A stretch of 64,000 bases of DNA, taken from positions 1,856,001-1,920,000 of the forward strand of contig CM000208.1 of the NCBI GenBank assembly GCA_000002445.1, in the 5' to 3' direction. The stretch is from Trypanosoma brucei. Lineage: Eukaryota. The notes beneath the pieces were generated by a model, which was not told the DNA's origin, made no database searches, and saw only the letters and a program-made list of their open reading frames with translations. Numbering within the stretch: position 1 is the first letter of the stretch; every line of letters starts with the position of its first letter. This document shows, piece after piece, positions 33,784 to 43,287 of this stretch. A program made the translations under genes and the position numbers.

Positions 33784-34932
33784 TTAACGAGTAGAACGCG
33801 AGCCAAAGCCCATGGGGGGTCTGCGTGCTACATAGGGTGGCTTTTTGGAGGCCGGTACATCGCCATAACTGCGAACTGCAGCGGGATCAACAGAAACGAC
33901 GAAAGGCTGATGGGGGAGTGTCCTCGCGCTGTACGCACAGGTAGCAGGCGCATAACAGGCGTGGTGTCGTGGGGGAGTGACCCTCGCGGGGGTAGTCTTC
34001 GTGGGGGTGGGTGAGCAATCCCTAATTTCTGGAAGGAACTGCCCCGTAAGCGGGGTCGCGTCCTCGGCATCTGCTGTCCGCCCCGCCGTCATGGTTGTCC
34101 CTGCACCGGTATGAAACGTAGACCCGTCAAATATATTACTAACGCCACGTGTTGCACCGTACCGTGGAGGTGAGGTGCGAGTTGCCCGCATGCCGCCCGG
34201 GCACAAGGGAGACGCTTGTGGATCGGCCAGTTGCGCTCCCTTGAGTACCTGCACCGCCTCCTTATTCAACGCACAAACCCCACGGACAAACGCTGTCCTC
34301 ATTTTCTCCTCTAAGTTCTCGCTGTGGCGCCGTTCCTCCTCTATTACCTTATTCAAAACCTCTAATTGCCCAACCAACTCAGCCTCACTACACTTCCATT
34401 GCGACTGCTCAGCCACTGCGAGTCGGTGATGCCGCCGTGCAGCCGCGAGAAGACGCCATTGCGTGTAAACATGGTAAGCACGAATGCCATTGATATGGCA
34501 TTCAATGGTTTTATACAGTTTCTTACGGTGGCGTTTCCTCAGCACCCACAATTCCCAATCGTGAAACCGCTTCTGCATCCACATCCGCCGATTCGCATTA
34601 CCCAAGCCCCCAACAAGACGAGACATAGTTTCTTTTTGTCTCTCGACTTCCCTTAATGCGCCTACAGCCGTCACCTCTATCTTGCGCCTTTCGTCGAGTA
34701 TCGCATTTTCACGGCGGACAGCCTCAGCGTGTAAAGACTCCTTGATGCTTTGGTGCTGTTGATTTACGTAACGGCCCAACATGGTTAAGATGTCCTCCCG
34801 CATTCTAGAGGTATAAACGTCAACGTTGCAGCCAACATCGTGGAGAAATCCCTCATGCTGGCCAATAGCTCCGTCCGGCATCCTCCACTGCACTGAAAAC
34901 TTAGGTGTCAGCAAAAAAAAAAAATGAGTCAA
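33784..34932 (-). CDS. Hypothetical coiled-coil protein with a Pro/Arg-rich C-terminal tail (382 aa). The alternative start at Met18 (MPDGAIGQ..., ~34881) is more plausible.
   Basis: Array orientation. Heptad-like charged region (ERRKIEVTAVGALREVERQKETMSRL..., EEERRHSENLEEKMRTAF). No enzymatic motif. Confidence 0.45.
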   Translation of the reverse strand: MTHFFFLLTPKFSVQWRMPDGAIGQHEGFLHDVGCNVDVYTSRMREDILTMLGRYVNQQHQSIKESLHAEAVRRENAILDERRKIEVTAVGALREVERQKETMSRLVGGLGNANRRMWMQKRFHDWELWVLRKRHRKKLYKTIECHINGIRAYHVYTQWRLLAAARRHHRLAVAEQSQWKCSEAELVGQLEVLNKVIEEERRHSENLEEKMRTAFVRGVCALNKEAVQVLKGAQLADPQASPLCPGGMRATRTSPPRYGATRGVSNIFDGSTFHTGAGTTMTAGRTADAEDATPLTGQFLPEIRDCSPTPTKTTPARVTPPRHHACYAPATCAYSARTLPHQPFVVSVDPAAVRSYGDVPASKKPPYVARRPPMGFGSRSTR

Positions 34933-35730
34933 TACGCATACAACGAAGATTAGGAAACAGTATTGGGCTGAGGAATGGAGAACAGTAGAAGGTCATCTCA
35001 ATTAACAAATGAGCGGATAAACCCACCCTTCGAGCGAGCGAGTAGAAAACAGAGGATGAAGCTAAATAGCTCCCGTCGTTCTCCACACGGATTTACACGC
35101 TAAGTGAAGCATTGCCAATGACACGCAGTTTCTACACCTACAACACCAAATATTGTAATGGTGCATACCAACCCTTTCATTCGCTCTTTTTTTTTTAACG
35201 TTCATTATTGTGTGAAAATACCCGTGGTGGTCATCAACCACCAACGGCACACCATAACCACGCATCCGACTACCTGCCTTACCGAGAATTACCCCACACC
35301 ATTTCCCCAAATCATTCCGGCCGTAGGGGGGTGCAAGACTCAATTTTTCGTGTGTGCGCTTGTTATTATTGATACCACTGCAGAGGCGCAATTTTTTTTC
35401 CGATATTATTATGCGTCACAAACAACACATAAGCTATTCTAAGCGTAATTCACGAATGTTATACCGTTTGTCGTGTGCTCCCGTCAAGAATAGGTGCGTT
35501 GGTCCTACTAACTACCACAGTGTCCGAAGGCCCGTGGGGTACGCCCGCAGAACACAAAGACACCCCGACACGTCGTCCCTCACCAGTGTCGTTCATCGTT
35601 GAAAATACCATTTTCTTGCACACCAACCCCAGTGCATGCACTCACACTGCGAAACGCCAGCCCAAACAACACTCCCATTATAGAGAGTTACCTCCAAGGG
35701 AAGGGTGGCACATGCCTGAAAATGGTGGCT

Positions 35731-38700
35731 CTACTTTGTTTCGAATAGTTCCTTTGTAGAGGGGTCTGGTTTCAACCCAATAGCCTCCTCATCCACCAGC
35801 ATAGTGCAACCTTGCTGCTCCTGCAGCTTAGCTGCTTGTTGTGGATTTAGCGAGCTTCCCTGCGTCTGAAGAGACGCCTTCCGTTGCTTCAATTCCGCAT
35901 AGTCTCGAGCGGCTAGATCTGCTCGAAGGCTTGGGTTGTTCGCTATCCGCTCGTGTGTCAGAGCTTCACGGTACAGAAGAGAGGTGCCGTAACAGAATGT
36001 CTGCCGTGACGGATCGGCAAGATGAGATTCCAGTGCGTGAATAGTTTGGTCCAATTCCCGCCTGTGCACCAGGTGCGACAACTTCTCCCGCACTTTCACC
36101 AGTTCTCGGAGAAGAACCTTCTTTTGTTTTTCATCACCTGGCAAGAGAATTTGGCAAACCCGGCGTAGTGCATCATTGATTAGTTTTTGCCCACGGTTGC
36201 GGGACGCAAGTGCGCCCTGAGTATATATGTATAGATAGGCAGGCTCATACATATCCCACATTTTCGCAACTTCCTCACAACTTTTCGGGTGGACACGGAA
36301 TGCGAAGTAAAGGTGGGTCCAGAAAAGATAAGGATCGGATCCCTCGCACTCCTGAGATCGCCACCGTAGTATTCGCTTCCGAAACACCTCATCAGCAACC
36401 CTGTCCACAGCCGCGAAGTATTCCTCCGTCTCAGGCAACTGTGCGCCTCCACGGGAACGTTGCTCCATGTTTTTCAAGAGTAACTCATTACCAGGCGAAT
36501 TTTTAACACACGACTTCACTCTGGCGGTAATGCACTCCCCAAAGGCAGGCAGATTTGCATGCACTACCGCGAGCCTGTAGGGTAACTCAGAAAAAGGCTC
36601 GATCCAATGTGGTGGCTCCTTTTCCGCAAAAAGTCTGTCAACAACGCGCTCCACATCTTTTATATGCTCTTCCACGCCGGAGCCAGGCTCATAAACCCGC
36701 ATCAGATACTTTGCCCTCGTTAGCAGAGGCGCTTTCCATGATGGCGGAAGCCGCTCAGCTGCAGTTCGGGTTGCCAAGTGGTAGAGGTTCAGACACTTTT
36801 CCCGATAGATGCGAGCGGTCTGGAAGCGACCGTTCCGGAACATTAGCTCACTGTGTTCGTAGTATAGGTCACCCAGGTGCCGCATCCAGAGATGTTCTGC
36901 AGTTTCTTGTGTCAGTGGTGCCCCTTCCAAGAAAAGCCGGGCCCGTTCAGGAAAGGGATGCACTGACGGATGTGTCTTCTTGTTCACGTTCTCCAGGCAG
37001 CGATCCGAGATGTCAAGCGCAAGAGTTATGCGGCCGCGCCGCTCATTGTACCATATGTACTCCGTTTCATCGATAACCGGATACCACCTCCTAGAGGTTC
37101 CAGAATGCCAAAGGCCCTCAGCCTTGTCCAAATGCCCAGAGATCTCCTCATAAATAGCGTTTTCACCATCAAGAAAGTCCTTCTCCTCATACTCATACGG
37201 AGGATCGGAGTCAGGAATAGGTATCTGCACAATCCCATTAGATGCTTTAGCATAGTTAGAAAACCATTCGATAGAGTCCTCAAACAGTTCTTCGGCCCTC
37301 GTACGAAAACGAGTATCAGCAAAGTCAATACACAGGCGCTGCAAATGTTTCCCCGCGTAAAAACAAAGGGCACCACGACACCACTGATAAAAGGCTTCGA
37401 CAGTAGCATCGCGTGCTGAATCACGGACCCCTTCCAGACGCATTGGACATTTAGCTCTGGCGTCGTTCACGTGTCGTTTGAGAAACTCCATATGGGTCTC
37501 GAGCTGCTCGATGCCTTGAAATTCATTCACAATGAATTCACTAAGTTCACTGTTTATCCAGTTAATAAATGGCTTTCCCAGAGGTTCGTACGCCCGGTCA
37601 CGGACCATGATGGCGTAACGCTGAGCGGGGTTGTTGCGAACCGAATCAAGCTCCAAAGAAGTCATTTCCTGTATGAAGTTCATGAAGTTGGGACCCAGAA
37701 GCTTGCATTTTGCAGAAGCACGACGAAGGATTTCGTCAGCCTCCGCCTTCACGGTCTTTCCCTCAGTTACACGGTTACCCTTGAATCTGTAGAAATCCGA
37801 CAGAAAATGTTTAGTGTGTGCTTCAAATATCATGCGGAAAATAGCCTCCAACTCCTCCGGAATCTGAGGATGATCCCCAACGTCTCCGCGACGGAAGCGG
37901 TCCATCACATCCATCAACATCCGCTCACACTTGTCCTCAGTTGTTACTTGCGTAAGGTTGCCGAACTCTGTCATGCTTTGCCGAAACGTATCACGATATG
38001 CCCTCCACGTTTTCTCCAGGTCCGCTTTGTTGAAGTCTATTGCATCCCCCTTCGCCACTCCACGGTACGGATCGGCAATAGAGTCCGATTCCCATGGAAG
38101 CGAAGGAAGAAGGATGTCCGGGTCATAGTGTACCTTCGCCTTTCGCACCCGATCCTGTCTTTCTTTGCGTAGTAAATCAGATCTTTTTGCTGATCCACCA
38201 GAAACACTATTGTCTTGTGGGCCCGCATCACCTTTTCCTGATGCCACCTCCCGGTAGAGTGGGAGGGGCTTGTAGCCCTCCACTAATTCAGGTAATGACT
38301 TCATTTTTCTCATTTTGAGCTCGTCAAAAGACGAAACACCGGCAACAGCGTCATCATTTGTAATACGAGTGTCTTCAGTCAGTTGCGGTGGATCGTAGTA
38401 TTCGTGGGTGTCAACAATCCGCCTTTCAAGGGGATCATGTGTCAAACCATATGATTGAATCATCGGCTCAGTTTCCACGAGGGTTCTGCGGTACCACTCG
38501 GGCATACCTTCCGTTTCACGACCACAGGGAACATGATACAGTTCCGTTGGGATGTCCGGTTCGGCGCCTTGCGGACGTTTTTTCACCTCAATGAACCCCG
38601 CTGGGGTTCCTTTGTGTGGCTTCCCTTCTTTAGATGCCTGTCGCTCCGTTTCGCTGCTCGTGCAAGAGGCTTCCGAGAGCTTCTCAGATTCATTGAGTTT

Positions 38701-40029
38701 ACACCCAATGACAGGAACTGCCGAACTTTCAATCTGCTCCACAATCCTTCCTGCATCACCTAACTTGGAGTCAGATGTTGTCTCCAGAGTTCTTGTGGTC
38801 CTTTCAATTTTTTCCTCCACGAGGGAGCGAAGTGCCGGACGATCATCGTACTGCTTTGAAGCCTTGTAGTGAGCTTTCATTAAAGCAGGAACAGGATCCT
38901 GTCCAGCCTGTCTTGCGATATCAGCTGTTTGCTCCAGCATTTCATTTTTGATGTTCGCATGGGCAGCAATAGCAACGCCCTGTTCCACAGTGACCCCCGT
39001 TGGGAGTGGGGCCATGTCGGCTTTCGGTAGGCCTGAAATAGGATCTAATCGCGGTGAATCAATTCCCTTGGCACACTCTAACGCTTGCCTTGCACCGTAT
39101 GCTTGAAGTTTCATTTTGGTACGAGCAACTTCCAGTGGGTCCGCGGTGCCCGAAAGGGCTTGGTAGGTCTGCTCAGGATCAAGATCAACTACCCCAGAAA
39201 CGATCCCGTTGTATACGTCAGCCATTTCCAGCTGCCGCTGCTCCTCCTCCCCCAACAGTTCATGTTCGGCCTTGAGGCTTTGGTGCACAGCATTTCGCTC
39301 TTCACCCTCGATAAGCCACATTCGATCTTTATATTTTGTATCAGCTAAATGCTTCCAAGAGGTATCGGACCAACGCTGATCCGATGGAAGAACACGACGC
39401 CTGCCGTGAGCATCATAGTGATCAAGGTAGTCCGTGTATCCCTGGGGCCAAATCATACGATCCTTCTGAATTTTAAAAGAACGATCCTTCCAATGCAGAT
39501 ACCATTCTTGCTCACGGTCAATGGGATCCTGAATGTATAAATCGAAACGATCACGGACATCTTGAACCATCTCCTCCGGTGTCGGTATTACCGTTTTCCT
39601 CCAACGTACCTCCCATGGGAGACCATCCACATCCTGTTGTCCTTGCAACATGTCACGGCGAACCTGCTGTGAACTCTTATTGGTGCGCTCACCCGGCCCG
39701 CCTTCACCAAACCGCTTTTGCATGTCACGCTCTTTTTCCATATCGGTTCGCGTGCGATCCGCCTCTGAGACGTCGGGCAAAGTAACATACTCTAGGTTGT
39801 TCAAACCAAACTGGATATGGTGAGTTAAATCAGGAGGCTCAACAACAGAAATTTGATGCCCGGTAGTAGGGTCTGCGTTCGGTTGACTTCGCCGCTGCTC
39901 ACGTGACAATCCCGCTGTGTCCCGACGTTGCACGCGGATAGTAAAAGACGGCCAGCTGTTGTCTGTTGTTGAGATCAAAAGTTCTCCAGAAGAAAAGGGC
40001 AATGATGCCCGAATTTGTAGGCGACGCAT
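35731..40029 (-). CDS. Very large hypothetical protein (1432 aa) with no recognisable domain
   Basis: Uninterrupted 4.3 kb ORF in the array orientation. It is preceded about 370 bp upstream by copy 2 of the 381-bp repeat. Confidence 0.6.
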   Translation of the reverse strand: MRRLQIRASLPFSSGELLISTTDNSWPSFTIRVQRRDTAGLSREQRRSQPNADPTTGHQISVVEPPDLTHHIQFGLNNLEYVTLPDVSEADRTRTDMEKERDMQKRFGEGGPGERTNKSSQQVRRDMLQGQQDVDGLPWEVRWRKTVIPTPEEMVQDVRDRFDLYIQDPIDREQEWYLHWKDRSFKIQKDRMIWPQGYTDYLDHYDAHGRRRVLPSDQRWSDTSWKHLADTKYKDRMWLIEGEERNAVHQSLKAEHELLGEEEQRQLEMADVYNGIVSGVVDLDPEQTYQALSGTADPLEVARTKMKLQAYGARQALECAKGIDSPRLDPISGLPKADMAPLPTGVTVEQGVAIAAHANIKNEMLEQTADIARQAGQDPVPALMKAHYKASKQYDDRPALRSLVEEKIERTTRTLETTSDSKLGDAGRIVEQIESSAVPVIGCKLNESEKLSEASCTSSETERQASKEGKPHKGTPAGFIEVKKRPQGAEPDIPTELYHVPCGRETEGMPEWYRRTLVETEPMIQSYGLTHDPLERRIVDTHEYYDPPQLTEDTRITNDDAVAGVSSFDELKMRKMKSLPELVEGYKPLPLYREVASGKGDAGPQDNSVSGGSAKRSDLLRKERQDRVRKAKVHYDPDILLPSLPWESDSIADPYRGVAKGDAIDFNKADLEKTWRAYRDTFRQSMTEFGNLTQVTTEDKCERMLMDVMDRFRRGDVGDHPQIPEELEAIFRMIFEAHTKHFLSDFYRFKGNRVTEGKTVKAEADEILRRASAKCKLLGPNFMNFIQEMTSLELDSVRNNPAQRYAIMVRDRAYEPLGKPFINWINSELSEFIVNEFQGIEQLETHMEFLKRHVNDARAKCPMRLEGVRDSARDATVEAFYQWCRGALCFYAGKHLQRLCIDFADTRFRTRAEELFEDSIEWFSNYAKASNGIVQIPIPDSDPPYEYEEKDFLDGENAIYEEISGHLDKAEGLWHSGTSRRWYPVIDETEYIWYNERRGRITLALDISDRCLENVNKKTHPSVHPFPERARLFLEGAPLTQETAEHLWMRHLGDLYYEHSELMFRNGRFQTARIYREKCLNLYHLATRTAAERLPPSWKAPLLTRAKYLMRVYEPGSGVEEHIKDVERVVDRLFAEKEPPHWIEPFSELPYRLAVVHANLPAFGECITARVKSCVKNSPGNELLLKNMEQRSRGGAQLPETEEYFAAVDRVADEVFRKRILRWRSQECEGSDPYLFWTHLYFAFRVHPKSCEEVAKMWDMYEPAYLYIYTQGALASRNRGQKLINDALRRVCQILLPGDEKQKKVLLRELVKVREKLSHLVHRRELDQTIHALESHLADPSRQTFCYGTSLLYREALTHERIANNPSLRADLAARDYAELKQRKASLQTQGSSLNPQQAAKLQEQQGCTMLVDEEAIGLKPDPSTKELFETK

Positions 40030-40395
40030 TTGGGGTCTATCTGTGGAACCTTCGATCTACAATATGCTCTCCGCACCGTGTGGCCCAGCAGCACGTCTGT
40101 TCCCTCCAAGTGAAAAAATGGGGCGTAAGCGAAAGATATGAATAGGTCAAGTTGCTAAACAGAGGTATTGCTGCAATTTTCCCTTTCACTGTGGATACAG
40201 AATATTGTCTACTTGCCGACTGCCACAACTGCCTTGAAGGGGGGTGGGTATCACTGAGTCTCCAAAATGGTCCTCAACTCACTCAGTGCGCGAGTACCGA
40301 GTTTCTACATTTAATGAAATAAAGTCTGGAGTAGAGAGAATGGGTAGAGGAAGTCAATACTTCCCTACATTTTAACAAACAGCCTTAGAGGAACG

Positions 40396-40776
40396 ATCGC
40401 ATAGGAAAAATTAATGGTAGAAGTAATAGGGAATGTGTGAGTGAGTCTGTGTAAACAGAAAATCTGCAGAAGCACAAAGAACAACACGATCCATACACCC
40501 CATCACGGTAGTGATACCTGACACGGAAAAATATATATGTAACAACAACCCGTGCCACCAGTCGTTTCGCAGAGACTCAACAACTGCAAAATCCCAACGA
40601 CAACGATGAGGGGATAAAACAAACAATTGAGTGCAGCAATACCATGCCTAACCCCACACCGAACCTGATACAGACACACACACCTTTAACAACACCGCCA
40701 TGTGGATACAGCAACCGATAGCCCGTGTGCATGCTGCTTAGCGGCGCATATACATACGCATGCACTAAGAGGAAGT
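40396..40776. repeat. 381-bp dispersed direct repeat, copy 2. It is 100% identical to 21742-22122 and starts 28 bp after the FtsH stop codon.
   Basis: Identical sequence and an identical spurious 71-aa ORF (40411..40626 versus 21757..21972). Confidence 0.9.
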
Positions 40777-40803
40777 CACCAATGATACACTGATTGGTAT
40801 TTG

Positions 40804-42777
40804 TTACGTTATGGAAACGGGGCGTTGTTTCCCTTTCATACTTTCTGTTCCAGCTGGTGGCATTTTCGAGCAATGATGGTGAATGCTCACCTTCTCCTTC
40901 CTAGCCGGAATTGTTTCACCGTTTACTATGCGTTTCAGCTCATCTCCTGACAACGTCTCGTGCTGCATGAGGTGCTTGGCGATAGACTCAAGTTCCTCGC
41001 GATGACTCAGCAACATCTGCTTTATTTCAGTGTACGAATTCTGCAAGAGAGTTGAAACCTCTTTCTCAATTTTGCCCTTCGTTTCATCGGACATATAGGC
41101 GCCCTCGGGGGTATCGGAAGACTCATAATCAACAAAACCGAGGTCGCCACTAAAACCGAACCGCCGCACCATATTCCTCGCAATTTTTGTAGCTTGATGG
41201 AAGTCCGAACTGGCACCCGTGGTGACGTCATCTGAGCCGAGTAGTATTTCCTCACCCACTCTTCCTGCGAGACAGACCTTCAAGCGCGCTAGGCATTGTC
41301 TCTTACTTTGGCTGTATTTGTCTTTCTCAGGTAACTGCTGCACAAGGCCCATTATGCCGTTTCCCCTTGGTACAATTGTTGCCTTGTGCACGGGCTCCGC
41401 TCCCTCTTTCTCAAGAAGTAGCGCCGCGAGTGCATGGCCCCCCTCATGGTATGCGGTCACTTTGCGCTCATCTTCTGGGATGACCTTTGCACTTTCCGCC
41501 CCCATCATCACCCGATCCTTTGCGTATTCAATATCGTTCATCGTCACAACCTGATTGTTTAGCGTGGCAGCGCGGATGGCAGCGATGTTGACCAAATTGC
41601 TCAACTCCGCCCCAGTGAATCCCGTAGTTCCTCGTGCGATGGCAGCTGCGCTAACAGAAGATTCAGCTTTAATTTTGCTAAGGTAAATTTGTAAAACTTC
41701 TTCGCGCCCTTTCATGTCTGGGGGATCAACTGATACCACAACGTCAAATCGACCTGGACGGGTGAGGGCTTTATCCAATGAATCGGGGGTGTTCGTCGCA
41801 GCGATGACGATGACAGAGTCTTTGGAATCGAACCCATCCATTTCTGCCAGAAGCTGATTCAGGGTCATTCGAGAATAAGCATGATCCGTTCCCGACCGTT
41901 TACCCCCCAATGCGTCGATTTCGTCTATAAAAATAAGCGATGGGGCACGAGCTTTGGCAGCGGCAAAAAGCTCGCGGACACGTCGAGACCCAACACCAAC
42001 AAACATTTCGTCAAACTCACTCCCCGCTGAGTAAAAAAAGCTTACATCGGCTTCCTTGGCAATAGCCTTCGCAAGCATTGTTTTCCCGCAACCAGGGGGG
42101 CCAACTAACAGCGCACCTTTAGGAAGTCTCCCCCCTAGTTTGTGGAACTTCTCAGGTTCTTTTAGAAACTCGACAATTTCCTTAAGCTCTTTTTTCGCCT
42201 CATCACACCCACGAATCGTGTCAAAAGTTACATCGAGACCGGTCAAATCCACTGGCTTGACATCAGGAGAACCAAACATCCCGATTTGCTGACCCCGAGA
42301 TATCCCTCCTATTTTCGTCACCGAATTGCCGTCTTGCATTCTCGACATCAATTCTTCGATGAGGCTTAGGGTGCAACTGGCTCCAATTCCAAATAACAAC
42401 AATAACCACAGTCGGGTTGTCCAAGTCGTTTTTTGTGGAGCCGAAACTACGACAACGGGCCGTTCCTTTGTTCCCAACTCAGGTACTCCAACACCGACGT
42501 AACCCGATGCGCCCATCCCTGAATTGAAGGGCGGGGGTACTTGTGAAACTCCTTGATGCGCATGTGGGTGGTAAAATGATTGATATCCCGAAGCGTAGGG
42601 TGGATATGGAGGCAACGGGTTCACCGGCGGTTGCGGGTACACGCTGCTATGGCGTTTCTGAGTAAAGCCACCAGGAAACACAGTCAACGCACCTGTCCCA
42701 CCACATGATGGTAATAAAGGCAGCGGCGTTGTGCGGCCACTTGGGAAAGCTGGTATGATGGGACAGCGCCGGTGCAT
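40804..42777 (-). CDS. ATP-dependent zinc metalloprotease FtsH/YME1-like AAA protease (657 aa), mitochondrial inner-membrane type
   Basis: Walker A LLVGPPGCGKTMLAKAIA. Walker B/SRH IFIDEIDALGGKR. Zn-binding HEGGHALAA (HEXXH). One transmembrane segment (LWLLLLFGIGASCTL). Confidence 0.9.
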   Translation of the reverse strand: MHRRCPIIPAFPSGRTTPLPLLPSCGGTGALTVFPGGFTQKRHSSVYPQPPVNPLPPYPPYASGYQSFYHPHAHQGVSQVPPPFNSGMGASGYVGVGVPELGTKERPVVVVSAPQKTTWTTRLWLLLLFGIGASCTLSLIEELMSRMQDGNSVTKIGGISRGQQIGMFGSPDVKPVDLTGLDVTFDTIRGCDEAKKELKEIVEFLKEPEKFHKLGGRLPKGALLVGPPGCGKTMLAKAIAKEADVSFFYSAGSEFDEMFVGVGSRRVRELFAAAKARAPSLIFIDEIDALGGKRSGTDHAYSRMTLNQLLAEMDGFDSKDSVIVIAATNTPDSLDKALTRPGRFDVVVSVDPPDMKGREEVLQIYLSKIKAESSVSAAAIARGTTGFTGAELSNLVNIAAIRAATLNNQVVTMNDIEYAKDRVMMGAESAKVIPEDERKVTAYHEGGHALAALLLEKEGAEPVHKATIVPRGNGIMGLVQQLPEKDKYSQSKRQCLARLKVCLAGRVGEEILLGSDDVTTGASSDFHQATKIARNMVRRFGFSGDLGFVDYESSDTPEGAYMSDETKGKIEKEVSTLLQNSYTEIKQMLLSHREELESIAKHLMQHETLSGDELKRIVNGETIPARKEKVSIHHHCSKMPPAGTESMKGKQRPVSIT

Positions 42778-43287
42778 AATCTTGGTTTTACAGTTATTAC
42801 TATTTTTGAAACTCTTAAAAATAAGCGGCTTTAAAAAAAGGGGGGTGCTGCGTTCTCCTCTTCGTATTATCCCTCAAAACGATCTTTTATGGAAAAGAGC
42901 GGTTATATTAAAACAAAATGGAGAAAAGGAGACAGTGAAGGAACAAACGCGAAAGTGTGGAAACAAGGGGAAAAGGAAGCGTAATCGATTTTAGAGAATA
43001 AATAACATCACTGCACCGCACAACTGCCGCTTTGATGGGAACTTTATTTCCACAACTACGTATTCCTTTTGAACCTTTGGGCACATACCCTGGTGTAAAG
43101 GGATAAAAGCCAATGCCTAATGTATGTCAGCGGACAAAGACAGCATCATAGACACTTTTAGGGGAAAAAAAAGTGCGTTACACCCTGGAAAATATCTGTG
43201 TCCTTGCATAACTTACTCAGCCCCTTCCTCCTCCCTCTTTTTGAAGGGAGCAGGAGCGCAGCCTTCTACGACTCCGCACTTCTGTGG

